Shown: positions 36,129 through 45,629 of the stretch, one piece after another
Position numbering within the stretch: position 1 is the first letter of the stretch
Layout of the letters: each line of letters begins with the position of its first letter
NCBI GenBank assembly: GCA_031361295.1
Contig: JANMCN010000036.1
Span: forward strand, 3,716-67,715
Length of the DNA: 64,000 nucleotides
Direction of reading: 5' to 3'
Source: Acidobacteriota bacterium
GTDB lineage: Bacteria > Acidobacteriota > Vicinamibacteria > Vicinamibacterales > 2-12-FULL-66-21
Made by a program: the position numbers and the translations under genes
The notes under the pieces: model-generated
What the model saw: the letters and a program-made list of their open reading frames with translations, nothing else
Told to the model about the DNA's origin: nothing
The model's database searches: none

Positions 36129-36632
36129 TTACTGCGGCCTGACGTCCGCCGCGTCCACCTCGACGCTGACCGCCTGCCCGATCAGGTCCACGGCCAGCAC
36201 GAGCCGCGCGTGTGCGCCCTTGCGAACCAGCCGGCCGACGACGCCCTTGAGCGGACCGTGCACGACCTCCACCATCGTCCCTTCGCGGATCAGCGGACAG
36301 GGATCGAACTGGAGATCGCTTTCGACAATGCGGCGGATGCCGTCGATCTCGAAATCGGGAATCGGCGCGATTTCGCCGTCGAACGCCACGATGCTGACGA
36401 CCCCGGTGCACTTGAGAATGGGGAGACGTTCGCGCCCGTCGAACCGCGCGAAGCAGTACCCCGGGAACAGCGGCCAGTCGACCTTCTTCTTCCGATCCTT
36501 CCAGCGGCTCCACCGCGGGATCGTCGGCAGAAACGCCTCGTACCCCTTCTGCACCAGCTGTTCCCGCACGACCTGCTCGTGCCGCGAACGCGTCCAGATG
36601 GCGTACCAAGGCTCCTTTGAAAGCTGCGTCAT
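36129..36632 (-). CDS. NusG-paralog transcription antiterminator (RfaH/UpxY-like)
   Basis: 167 aa. NGN domain (WYAIWTRSRHEQVVREQL...LFPGYCFARF) plus KOW (GTMVEVVHGPLKGVVGRL). Confidence 0.8.
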   Translation of the reverse strand: MTQLSKEPWYAIWTRSRHEQVVREQLVQKGYEAFLPTIPRWSRWKDRKKKVDWPLFPGYCFARFDGRERLPILKCTGVVSIVAFDGEIAPIPDFEIDGIRRIVESDLQFDPCPLIREGTMVEVVHGPLKGVVGRLVRKGAHARLVLAVDLIGQAVSVEVDAADVRPQ

Positions 36633-36717
36633 CCTTCGCCTTGTTCCGCTTCGGCCTCACATCCGCTGCACACGCGTGGCTGACGTCATGCGCAGAGGAT
36701 CATCCGAGGAGGCCTGG

Positions 36718-37806
36718 TCAGAGCCCGGGCGCGGCCGGCGCCGCGGCGTCCTGCGCCACCTGCTTGTCGTACAGCCGCTTCAGCTCGTCGTTCTTCCACT
36801 CGATGATCGCCTGGCCGCGGACGCGAGAGAGAAACCTGCGCACTTCAACCTGCTGCCGTGCATCGTGGACCTTGTCGGCCACCAGATCGCGCACGCTCTC
36901 GAACGGCTGGGGCGCCGCCGGCTTCAACGTCTCGAGCTTCAGCACCTGGAACCCACGGGGCCCGCGCAGCGGTTCGGTGATGTCGCCGGGCTTCATCTTC
37001 TGAATCAACTGCTGCAGCGACGGCGATACTTCCGTGACGTTGATCGGCCCGATGAGCCCACCGTTCGCCTTCGACGACGAGGCCGACACCTCGGTGGCCA
37101 CCTTGCCGAAGTCTTCGCCTCCGACAACACGCGCGCGCACGGCTGCCGCCTGCTGCGCGACCTCGTCTTCCTTGCCGACGTTCAGCGTCGCCTGCCCACC
37201 TTTGGAAGTCGTCGGCACCTCGAGGAGGATTTCGCGAAACGTGACCGTCGCCGGCTGGACGAACTGGTCTTTGTGGGCGAGGTAGTACTGCCGCGCCTCC
37301 TCCTCCGTGATCGACAGCTTCGACCCGACTTCGTCGCGCTGCACCTGGCCGACGAGGAACTGCTTCTCGACGTTCTTGCGGAGATCGTCCACGCTCATCC
37401 CTTCCTGCTTCAGGGCCGCGTAGAACTTCGTGTCGTCCTGGAGGTTCTGCTCCTTGCGCAGGTTTTCCAGCCAGCTCTTGAACTGCTCGTCACTCAGGTG
37501 GTAGCCCTTCTCCTTTCCCATCTGGAGGAGCAGCAGCTCGTCGATCGCCTCCACCAGCAGCTGCGGCGTGACGTCGTCCATCGCCTTCTTCAGCTGTTCG
37601 CTGTCGTTCGCGATGTCCGCCTTGAGCTCCCCACCGCCGATCCGGGCCCGGATCGCGGCGGTCTGCTTCTCCTCGAGCTCGGTCTGCGTGAGGATGTCGC
37701 CGTTCACCTTCACGAGGACACGCTCGAGAATCTGCGCCCGCATGGGCGCCACGAGCAATCCGAGGAGGACGCCTGTTGCGATCAGCCTGATCTTCATATG
37801 AACCAC
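36718..37806 (-). CDS. SurA-like periplasmic chaperone / parvulin PPIase
   Basis: Signal peptide, SurA N-terminal-like region and a parvulin domain (FGKVATEVSASSSKANGGLIGP). Confidence 0.8.
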   Translation of the reverse strand: MVHMKIRLIATGVLLGLLVAPMRAQILERVLVKVNGDILTQTELEEKQTAAIRARIGGGELKADIANDSEQLKKAMDDVTPQLLVEAIDELLLLQMGKEKGYHLSDEQFKSWLENLRKEQNLQDDTKFYAALKQEGMSVDDLRKNVEKQFLVGQVQRDEVGSKLSITEEEARQYYLAHKDQFVQPATVTFREILLEVPTTSKGGQATLNVGKEDEVAQQAAAVRARVVGGEDFGKVATEVSASSSKANGGLIGPINVTEVSPSLQQLIQKMKPGDITEPLRGPRGFQVLKLETLKPAAPQPFESVRDLVADKVHDARQQVEVRRFLSRVRGQAIIEWKNDELKRLYDKQVAQDAAAPAAPGL

Positions 37807-37838
37807 CTAAACTACTGGAACACAATATCTTAAACGAT

Positions 37839-40800
37839 TTACCGGCCCTCGCTCAACTGGCGCAGCAGGCCCGAAACACGCACGAAGACGCCGTCGTCGG
37901 CCCGCGGGTTCTCGACGGCGGGCCGCATGATCTCGTCTTTCGTAAAGCCCGATGTCACCTCGCCGGCCTGTGCCCGCGCGGCCCACCAGGACCCCCCCGC
38001 CACCGGGTCGGCCCCTTTCCTGGGCCGTTTTTGCGGCAAACCCGGGTCGGCGCGCGCGATCGGCGCCGGGCGTTCGCTCCCGAGAGGCTTCTTGAGGTCG
38101 AGCTTCACGGTGGCCGGTGGAATCAGGGCAATATCCCCGCGATGCTGGACGACCCGGAACAGCCAGGCTGGATCGAGCTTCGCGTCGGCCCTGAACTTTA
38201 GGACGACCACGGCGCCTTCCCGGTCGAGAGACTCGAGGCCGATCCGATCGGCCAGCACGCGGATTGCGGCGTACTCGGCCAGGTTCTGGACGGATTCCGG
38301 CGGCGGGCCATAGCGGTCCCGCACCTCTGCGACGAGCTTGTCCAGTTCATCCTCGGTTCGGACCCCTGCCATGCGGCGATAAACCGTGAGCCGCTGGTTC
38401 ATGTCGGGGATGTAGCGGTCGTCTATCCGCAGGTCGACCCGCAGGTTGACGTTCGCGCGGAGCTCATCCTCGAGCTCCTCTCCCTTCAGCTCCTTGATGG
38501 TCTGTTCGAGGAGCTTCATGTACATGTCGAACCCGACGGCCTCGATATGTCCGCTCTGCTCGCCCCCCAGCAGATTGCCCGCGCCGCGGATCTCGAGGTC
38601 GAGCGCAGCGACCCGGAACCCGCTCCCCAGGTCGCTGAACTCCCGAATCGCGGCCAGCCGCTTCTTCGCGACCTCCGACAGGGAGTCTTCCGGCGGCACC
38701 AGCAGATACGCGTACGCCCGCCTGTCGGATCGACCGACGCGCCCGCGCAGCTGGTAGAGCTGTGACAGCCCGTAGCGATCAGCGCGGTTGATGATGATGG
38801 TGTTCGCGTTGGAAATGTCGAGGCCGTTCTCGATGATGGTCGTCGCCAGCAGCACGTCGTACTTGTGCGCGACGAAGTCCACCATCGCCTTCTCCAGGTC
38901 CTCCTCGGCCATCTGCCCGTGGCCGACGACGACGCGCGCCTCCGGCACGAGCCGCTTGATCAAATCCCCCAGGGAGAAGATCGATTCGACGATGTTGTGA
39001 ACGAAGTAGACCTGGCCGCCGCGCTCGATTTCGGTCCGGATCGCCGACGAGATGACGGCCTGGTCGAACTTGACGACATTGGTCTGGATGGAGAGCCGGT
39101 CTTTCGGCGGGGTCTCGATGATCGACATGTCACGGATCCCCGCGAGCGACATGTTCAGCGTCCGCGGGATCGGCGTGGCCGTCATCGTGAGCACGTCGAC
39201 GCGCTTGCGCATCTGCTTGATGCGTTCCTTGTGCGCGACGCCGAAGCGCTGCTCTTCGTCGACGACCAGCAACCCGAGGTCCCTGAACTCGACGTCCTTC
39301 GAGAGGAGGCGATGCGTGCCGACGATGATCTCGACCTTGCCGGCCTTGAGATCCTCCAGGGTGGCCTTCTGTTCGCCCTTGGTCCGAAAGCGGCTGACCA
39401 TGTCGATGCGGACCGGGAACGCCGCAAAGCGGTCTTTCAGCGTCTTCAGATGCTGGAAGGCGAGCACCGTCGTCGGGGCGAGGACGGCCACCTGCTTCCC
39501 GTCCATGACGGCTTTGAACGCGGCCCGCATGGCCACCTCGGTCTTGCCGTAGCCCACGTCTCCGCAGAGCAGCCGATCCATCGTTCCCGGCGATTCCATG
39601 TCGGCCTTGATGTCTGCGACCGCGGTCTTCTGGTCGGCCGTCAGCTCCCACTCGAATGCGTCCTCGAACTCCTGCTGCCAGTGCGAATCAGGGCTGAAGG
39701 CGTGGCCGGGGACCGCCTTGCGCGCGGCATAGAGCTTCAACAGCTCCTCGGCCATGTCGCGCATGGCCTTCTTGACGCGTGTCTTCGCCTTCTCCCAGGT
39801 CGTTCCGCCAAGCTTGTCGAGCGACGGCCGCGAGGCGCCCGTGTATTTCTGGACGAGATCGAGCCGCTCGACGGGGACGAACAGCTTGTCCTCGCCCGAG
39901 TACCGGAGCTCCATGAACTCCTGCGGCGCGGCACCCACGTCGATCCGCTTGAGGCCGACGAATACGCCGATGCCATGATCCACATGGACGACGAGGTCTC
40001 CCGCCTTCAAATCGCGGAAGTCGGAAAGGAAGGTTCTGGTCGCGGAGCGGCGCCGCTCGTGCGTCTTGCGATCCTCCTCGAAGACATCGGTCTCCGCCCA
40101 GAACTGCAAGCCGGCTTCCGGCAGCCTGAACCCGCGGGACAGGTGGCCCGTCCCCACGAGCACCGACGCCGTCCGGACGTCCTCAGCCTTTTCGATCGGC
40201 GCGGCAAAAATCTCGTAGTCCGCCAGCAATTCGATCGTCCGCTCCGCGAGGCCCGGGGAGTTGGCGATGAACACGATCGTGTCGCCGGCCTGCCGGCCGG
40301 TCCTGATCTCCGCCGCCCACTCGGGCACGCGTCCCGCGAACTGCAGCGCGGGCTGGCAGGCAATGTGGGCCGCCTCGTCGAGTGCCAGCGTCTCGAGCGA
40401 GGTCGCGCCGTCGAGCCAGGTCGCGGCCTCGTCCCACGGAACGATCAGCTCCAGCGGTGCGGGAGCGCGGCTGCCCCTGGCGACGGCTTCGCCGTAACTC
40501 GCGATGATCTGCCCGGTCAGCTTTTCGCCGTGCGACGCGACCGCCTCCGGCTCCGAGACGAGCACGGCGGGTTTGCCGTTGGACCACAGGTAGTCGAATG
40601 CCGTCGCGGAGCGATCAGGGGCCTCGGCGTCGCCGAGCAGTTCCTGCAGCGGTGTCACCGCCGCCTGGCCCAGCCCGTTGGTGGACCGCTGCGTGGCGGG
40701 ATCGTAGCCGCGAATGGATTCGATCGTGTCGCCGACGAACTCGAGCCGGATCGGTTCGCGAGCCCCCGCGGGATAGAAATCCACGACACCGCCGCGGACA

Positions 40801-41366
40801 CAGAATTCCCCCGTCTCGTCCACCGGATCCTGGCGTGTGTAGCCGGCCGCGGCGAGAAGGTCTCCGAGATCCGTGGGCGAGATGTCCTGGCCGGGAACGA
40901 GCGCCATCGCGGTGGCGTCGAGGCGCTCGGGCGCGCTGACGCGCGGGAGGAGCGCCGCCGCCGACGCGACGATCAGCCGGCACCGCCCGGCGGCGAGAGC
41001 GTGCAGGGCGCGGGCCCGCGCCGAGGCGATGTCGAAGTGCGGGGCGAGTCCTCGATAGGGATCCACCTCGTGCGAGGGGAAGGGCAGGACGGTGCGCTCC
41101 ACTTCCGCATCGGAGAGCCCTCCCAGTGCGGCGAAAAAGAAGCGCGCATCCGCCGTCATCGTGTCGACGTCGCCGTCACTGGGTACGACGAGCAGCGTCA
41201 GCCCGCGCTCGGCGGCCGCGGCGGCGAACATCGCCTTCGCGGGCCCCGTGAGGCCGGAGACCTTGCGGGCAGGTACGCCCAGCCTGAGACGGCCGCCGGC
41301 CGACTTGAGGAGGGAGCGAAGCGTCAGCGAGCTGGAGGTATATGAGGACATCGGCGCGGTGTGCAA
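37839..41366 (-). CDS. mfd: transcription-repair coupling factor
   Basis: 1175 aa. Contains the CarD-like KAGDLVVHVDHGIG, DEAD/helicase motifs (GDVGYGKTEVA, VVDEEQRFG) and a TRG region. Confidence 0.95.
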   Translation of the reverse strand: MHTAPMSSYTSSSLTLRSLLKSAGGRLRLGVPARKVSGLTGPAKAMFAAAAAERGLTLLVVPSDGDVDTMTADARFFFAALGGLSDAEVERTVLPFPSHEVDPYRGLAPHFDIASARARALHALAAGRCRLIVASAAALLPRVSAPERLDATAMALVPGQDISPTDLGDLLAAAGYTRQDPVDETGEFCVRGGVVDFYPAGAREPIRLEFVGDTIESIRGYDPATQRSTNGLGQAAVTPLQELLGDAEAPDRSATAFDYLWSNGKPAVLVSEPEAVASHGEKLTGQIIASYGEAVARGSRAPAPLELIVPWDEAATWLDGATSLETLALDEAAHIACQPALQFAGRVPEWAAEIRTGRQAGDTIVFIANSPGLAERTIELLADYEIFAAPIEKAEDVRTASVLVGTGHLSRGFRLPEAGLQFWAETDVFEEDRKTHERRRSATRTFLSDFRDLKAGDLVVHVDHGIGVFVGLKRIDVGAAPQEFMELRYSGEDKLFVPVERLDLVQKYTGASRPSLDKLGGTTWEKAKTRVKKAMRDMAEELLKLYAARKAVPGHAFSPDSHWQQEFEDAFEWELTADQKTAVADIKADMESPGTMDRLLCGDVGYGKTEVAMRAAFKAVMDGKQVAVLAPTTVLAFQHLKTLKDRFAAFPVRIDMVSRFRTKGEQKATLEDLKAGKVEIIVGTHRLLSKDVEFRDLGLLVVDEEQRFGVAHKERIKQMRKRVDVLTMTATPIPRTLNMSLAGIRDMSIIETPPKDRLSIQTNVVKFDQAVISSAIRTEIERGGQVYFVHNIVESIFSLGDLIKRLVPEARVVVGHGQMAEEDLEKAMVDFVAHKYDVLLATTIIENGLDISNANTIIINRADRYGLSQLYQLRGRVGRSDRRAYAYLLVPPEDSLSEVAKKRLAAIREFSDLGSGFRVAALDLEIRGAGNLLGGEQSGHIEAVGFDMYMKLLEQTIKELKGEELEDELRANVNLRVDLRIDDRYIPDMNQRLTVYRRMAGVRTEDELDKLVAEVRDRYGPPPESVQNLAEYAAIRVLADRIGLESLDREGAVVVLKFRADAKLDPAWLFRVVQHRGDIALIPPATVKLDLKKPLGSERPAPIARADPGLPQKRPRKGADPVAGGSWWAARAQAGEVTSGFTKDEIMRPAVENPRADDGVFVRVSGLLRQLSEGR

Positions 41367-41455
41367 CCTTTCATTTTACCGGATTCGGCTGCGGACCGGG
41401 GGCACGGCAGGGCCTGGCGCCTGATTTCGGTGTAACCTTCGTTGCCGGCGTGAAG

Positions 41456-42058
41456 ATGGCCAATGGACGCGATGCGAACGGGCCCTGGCGCGACGGCATG
41501 GCCGGCCAGATCGGCCTGACCGCCAGGACGCGCGATCTGCTGGGAGCTGCCGCGATCGTCATCACGGCGTTCGTCGTCGCACTGTGGCTGTTCAGGTTGT
41601 TCTGGCACCGCGACGCACTCGCCGATCTGACGCAGCAGCCCGGCGGGTGGATGGGCGCGATGGTCATCGTCGCCTGCACCGCCGTCGTCCACGAAATCCT
41701 CCATGGACTCGCGTGGTGCCTGGCCGCTCGTGTGCCGTGGCGCTCGATTTCCGTCCGACCGAGCTGGCGCGTCATGGGCTTCGTCGCCGGGCCTGACGTG
41801 CCCCTCCCGGCGAGGGCGTTCCGTGTCGGTGTGGCCGCCCCCGCGCTGATCCTGGGGGCCATCCCCATCGCGGCAGGACTGTCGGCCGGCCTTGGCCTCC
41901 TCGTCCTGTGGGGCCTCTTTGCTCTTCTGGAATGCTTCAGCGATGCGGCCCTGCTCCTCGCCATCCACACCGTGCCGGCCGGGGCGCTGATGGTGGGTCA
42001 CGAGGAAAAGCTGGGGTGCCGAGTCGTGCTCGGGACTACGGACGCCCGGCGGTCCTGA
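41456..42058 (+). CDS. DUF3267-like membrane protein with HExxH motif
   Basis: Start MANGRDANGPW. TM helices and AVVHEILHGLAW. Confidence 0.6.
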   Translation: MANGRDANGPWRDGMAGQIGLTARTRDLLGAAAIVITAFVVALWLFRLFWHRDALADLTQQPGGWMGAMVIVACTAVVHEILHGLAWCLAARVPWRSISVRPSWRVMGFVAGPDVPLPARAFRVGVAAPALILGAIPIAAGLSAGLGLLVLWGLFALLECFSDAALLLAIHTVPAGALMVGHEEKLGCRVVLGTTDARRS

Positions 42059-42506
42059 TCTTCTCCACGATTGCCGTCGTCGAGTAGCCCTGCTCTACGG
42101 GAATGCGGACCACGCGGCCGCCGCGCGCCTCGACGGTGTCGCGGCCGACGATGGCGTCCTCCGCCCAGTCGGCGCCCTTGACGAGGATGTCGGGCTGGAC
42201 ACGGCGGATGATGTCGGCGGGCGTGTCTTCGGCGAAGACGACCACGGCGTCGACGCACTCGAGCGCGGACAGGATTTCCGCGCGCTCGTCCTGCGAGTTG
42301 ATGGGACGGTTCAGGCCCTTGTTGCGGCGGACCGACTCGTCGGCGTTGAGGCCGATGATCAGCACGTCGCCGAGCGCTCTCGCCGCCTGCAGGTACCGGA
42401 CGTGCCCCGGATGGAGCAGGTCGAAGACGCCGTTCGTGAACACGATGTGCTGTCCGCGACGGCGCTGCGCCTCGACGAATGCGGCCACACCGGCCGGCGT
42501 CGTCAC
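42036..42506 (-). CDS. D-glycero-beta-D-manno-heptose-1-phosphate adenylyltransferase (RfaE domain II-type cytidylyltransferase)
   Basis: IVFTNGVFDLLHPGHVRYL motif. Start inferred at the GTG at 42506; the track ORF extends upstream into wzt in another frame. Confidence 0.75.
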   Translation of the reverse strand: MTTPAGVAAFVEAQRRRGQHIVFTNGVFDLLHPGHVRYLQAARALGDVLIIGLNADESVRRNKGLNRPINSQDERAEILSALECVDAVVVFAEDTPADIIRRVQPDILVKGADWAEDAIVGRDTVEARGGRVVRIPVEQGYSTTAIVEKIRTAGRP

Positions 42507-42549
42507 CCCGCACGTCGAAGAGCGCCGGACGCTCAGCGGGCCCGCCCCG

Positions 42550-43896
42550 TCATTCGCGCTCACCGACTCTGGCGAACGTGAGGGTGTCGGAGAAATCCCA
42601 TTCGTGGCGTGGCCGATAGATGCCCACGTCCTTCGTCCGGGACTTGACCCTGAAGGTGTAGAGGAGACGGTGGTAATCGTACGGATATCCGTCGAGCTTG
42701 TGGACGGCGACGTCGAGCTTGTAGGTGCCTTCGACGAGATCCAGGCTTTCGATGGTGAACCGGGCCTCGGCATCGCCGAACATACGGACGGCCTTCAGCT
42801 CTTCGAGGCTCGTGTTCGTCCCGTAGCAGCAGACGCCTTCCGCGTTGAACAGCCCGATCCCGATCACGAAGTCGTCGACCGCCACCGGCGACCGCAGCGC
42901 GATGCGGACGCTGAGCGGCTGCCCGGAGTGGAAGACGTGCCCGGCCCCTTCCGGGCCGTACAGCTGGACGTCCGTGATCTCGACCTCGCGGGATCCCCAT
43001 CGTCCCTCCGTCGCCCGGAACATATCCGCCGGCCCCTCGGCGGTTCCGATCGGATGGTCGGGAAGCACGGCGCTCGCGGGCTCGTCGGGCGAGACGACGG
43101 ACACCGACTCATGCGCACGGGCATCGCCAGCCGCGAGCTGATGCTCCTCGGTCGTCTCGACCGCGGTGATGTACGCGCCGACCACCCGCTTGGGGTCGCC
43201 CATGGCCTTCAGCTCGCCGCCGTCAATCCACAGCGCCTCGTCGCAAAAGCGTTCGACGAGCCCGAGCGAGTGCGTCACGAGGAGGATTGTCTTGCCGCGG
43301 CGCTTGAACTCGGCGAACTTGTCCAGGCACTTGTGGGTGAACCCCTCGTCGCCGACGGCCAGCACTTCGTCGACCAGCAGCACCTCGGGATCGACATGGA
43401 TCGCCACCGCGAAGCCCAGCCGCATGTACATCCCGGAGGAGTACGTCTTCACCGGCGCGTCGATGAAGTCCTTCATCTCGGCGAACTCGACGATCTCGTC
43501 GAACCGCCGCGTGATCTCGCGCTTGGTCAGGCCGAGCATGATGCCGTTGATGAAGACGTTCTCACGCCCGGAGATCTCCGGGTGAAAACCGGCGCCGAGC
43601 TCGATGAGCGCCGATATGCGGCCGACGACGTCCACCGACCCGGAGGAGGGTTTCGTGATGCCGGCCACCAGCTTCAGCAGCGTGCTCTTCCCGGAGCCAT
43701 TGCGGCCGATCACGCCGAGCGTCCGCCCCTTCGGCACCGAGAACGTGACATCACGGACGGCGGAGAACGTTTCGTCAGGTCGGAGACTCCCGACGAGACT
43801 GCGCGACAGCAGCGCGCTCTTCAGCGTCGAGAACTGCCGCCGCCGGCTGTAGCGACGGTAGACCTTCGAGGCGTTGGTGACGGTGATGGAGTTCAT
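42550..43896 (-). CDS. polysaccharide/O-antigen ABC exporter ATP-binding protein with C-terminal carbohydrate-binding domain (Wzt/TagH-like)
   Basis: Walker A GRNGSGKST, signature YSSGMYMRL, Walker B LLVDE, plus a roughly 190-aa beta-rich C-terminal domain. Confidence 0.85.
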   Translation of the reverse strand: MNSITVTNASKVYRRYSRRRQFSTLKSALLSRSLVGSLRPDETFSAVRDVTFSVPKGRTLGVIGRNGSGKSTLLKLVAGITKPSSGSVDVVGRISALIELGAGFHPEISGRENVFINGIMLGLTKREITRRFDEIVEFAEMKDFIDAPVKTYSSGMYMRLGFAVAIHVDPEVLLVDEVLAVGDEGFTHKCLDKFAEFKRRGKTILLVTHSLGLVERFCDEALWIDGGELKAMGDPKRVVGAYITAVETTEEHQLAAGDARAHESVSVVSPDEPASAVLPDHPIGTAEGPADMFRATEGRWGSREVEITDVQLYGPEGAGHVFHSGQPLSVRIALRSPVAVDDFVIGIGLFNAEGVCCYGTNTSLEELKAVRMFGDAEARFTIESLDLVEGTYKLDVAVHKLDGYPYDYHRLLYTFRVKSRTKDVGIYRPRHEWDFSDTLTFARVGERE

Positions 43897-43902
43897 TCCC
43901 TG

Positions 43903-43930
43903 CTGCCAGCCGCCAGCTGCCAGCTGCCAG
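43903..43930. repeat. 4 x 7-bp tandem repeat CTGCCAG (one CCGCCAG variant)
   Basis: Read directly. It ends 6 nt from the wzt start codon and contains nested CAGCTG palindromes. Confidence 0.85.
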
Positions 43931-44030
43931 ATGCGCGCGTGACGGCGGTGCCCAGCCTGACGTCGGCACTCCCCGCAACACGCTGGACGACCTTGTGAAG
44001 ATCATCCAACCGCGCTGGTCGCGGCTGGGA

Positions 44031-44053
44031 GCCGGAAGCCGGAAGCCGGAAGC
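44031..44053. repeat. 3 x 7-bp tandem repeat GCCGGAA (+GC)
   Basis: Read directly. It begins 6 nt after the wzm stop codon, in gene direction. Confidence 0.85.
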
Positions 44054-44059
44054 TTTGGT

Positions 44060-44848
44060 TCACACTTCCTCCGCGAACGTGTCCCGTAACCGATCGAAGA
44101 TGAAATATCCGAACAGAAAGAATGCGATTGAGATGGCGCCGAGGACGAGGAGCCATCTGAGATGGCCGAAGTCTCCACGAAAGAACAGGATCTCCTGGTA
44201 CGACACCGCCAGGTGCGTGAACGGATTCAGGTTCAGGAACCGCTTGGCGACGGGCGGCGCCTGGAACCACGGGTAGATGATCGGCGTCGCGAAGAACCAG
44301 AACGTCAGGAGGTTCGCCAGGATGTCGCGGATGTCGCGGAAATGCACCGTCAGCGCCGAGAGGATCAAAGCAAAGGATATCGTGAGCACGAGCTGCACGA
44401 ACACGACCATCGGCAGCCAGAGCAGCGTCAGGTGCGGCGGGAGCCGGTAGTACGCCAGGAACGCCGCCAGGATCCCCAGTCCCAGGAAGAAGTGGACCAT
44501 GTTCGCGAGCACGGTCACGATCGGCAGGATTTCCGCCGGGAAGAGCACCTTCTTGATCAGGTTGCCGCCGGAGATGAGGATGTTCGACGACTCCGCGAGC
44601 GACGACGAGAACCATGTCCAGGGCAGGATGCCGCAGAACATGAAGACGACGTACGGCTCGAGTCCGATGTGGGTGCCCGGCATCACGTATTTGAAGACGA
44701 GCGTGTAGACCGTGAGCAGCAGGAGCGGGTTGATGAAGGACCAGAAGAAGCCGAGCACCGAGCCGCGATACCGCGCCTTCAGCTCGCGCGCGACGAGGCT
44801 CTGGATGAGACCGCGGTAGCGAAAGAGTCTCGCGAGGTTATGGAACAT
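44060..44848 (-). CDS. ABC-2 type polysaccharide exporter permease (Wzm-like)
   Basis: 262 aa, predicted 6 TM. N-terminal ELKARYRGSVLGFFWSFINPLL. Confidence 0.85.
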   Translation of the reverse strand: MFHNLARLFRYRGLIQSLVARELKARYRGSVLGFFWSFINPLLLLTVYTLVFKYVMPGTHIGLEPYVVFMFCGILPWTWFSSSLAESSNILISGGNLIKKVLFPAEILPIVTVLANMVHFFLGLGILAAFLAYYRLPPHLTLLWLPMVVFVQLVLTISFALILSALTVHFRDIRDILANLLTFWFFATPIIYPWFQAPPVAKRFLNLNPFTHLAVSYQEILFFRGDFGHLRWLLVLGAISIAFFLFGYFIFDRLRDTFAEEV

Positions 44849-45620
44849 CGATTTCGAGGATCAGCGCCGTGATGTTGTCGGGGCCTCCCGCCTGGTTGGC
44901 CGCATCGACGAGCGCGCGCGAGATGCCGTCGAGCGTCATGCCGGCCTGTCCAAGAATCTCCGCGATGCGGTCGTCCGCGACGACGCCGAACAGGCCGTCC
45001 GAACAGAGAAGGTAGCGCTCGCCGGGGGCGGGGGTCACCTCCGTCACGTCGACCTCGGGATCCTCGCCGCCCGCGAGCGCACGCGTGACGACGTTGCGCC
45101 AGGGATGCTGGCGCGCGGCGCTCGGGGTCAGCGTGCCGGCACGGACCTGCTCTTCCACCCAGGAATGATCGTGGGTAATCTGCGCGAGCGTGCCGTGGCG
45201 CAGGACGTAGACCCGGCTGTCGCCGACGTGACCGACGCTCGCCGAGGTGCGTCCCACGAGCACGGCCGAGGCCGTGGTCGCCATCCCGCGCAGATCGTGC
45301 GAATCGGCAATTGCCGAGGCGATGCGGCGGTTCGCCAGGCGGAATGCCGCTTTGAGGCGATTGGCCTCGAGGCTGAGGGCCGGATCGAATGGGAAGGGCC
45401 ACGTGCGGTTCTTGTCGGCCCCGGCTGTCTCCTCGATGAACGCCTCGATGGCTTCGACGGCCACGCGCGAGGCGACCTCACCGGCGACGTGGCCGCCCAT
45501 CCCGTCGGCGACGACGAACAGGCCGACGTCCGCCCGGGTCGAGTAGCTGTCCTCGTTGCTCGTTCGCCGGAGGCCGGGATCCGTGCTGACCGCCCACGAG
45601 ACCGAATGCGCCGGGGTCAT
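44838..45620 (-). CDS. PP2C-family Ser/Thr phosphatase (Stp-like)
   Basis: TDPGLRRTSNEDS, VADGMGGH and LLCSDGL motifs. It starts 9 nt after the atpC stop. Confidence 0.85.
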   Translation of the reverse strand: MTPAHSVSWAVSTDPGLRRTSNEDSYSTRADVGLFVVADGMGGHVAGEVASRVAVEAIEAFIEETAGADKNRTWPFPFDPALSLEANRLKAAFRLANRRIASAIADSHDLRGMATTASAVLVGRTSASVGHVGDSRVYVLRHGTLAQITHDHSWVEEQVRAGTLTPSAARQHPWRNVVTRALAGGEDPEVDVTEVTPAPGERYLLCSDGLFGVVADDRIAEILGQAGMTLDGISRALVDAANQAGGPDNITALILEIDVP

Positions 45621-45629
45621 GGTCCTGCG

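Noticed and set aside
38865-41345. 826-aa plus-strand ORF antisense to mfd
   Set aside because: The product has no recognisable motifs and is Arg/Glu/Asp/Gly-biased. The opposite strand encodes an unmistakable 1175-aa Mfd.
43903-44053. Heptamer arrays as a CRISPR array or coding minisatellite
   Set aside because: The repeat unit is only 7 bp with no spacers, and the arrays lie outside the wzm and wzt reading frames. They are not CRISPR.
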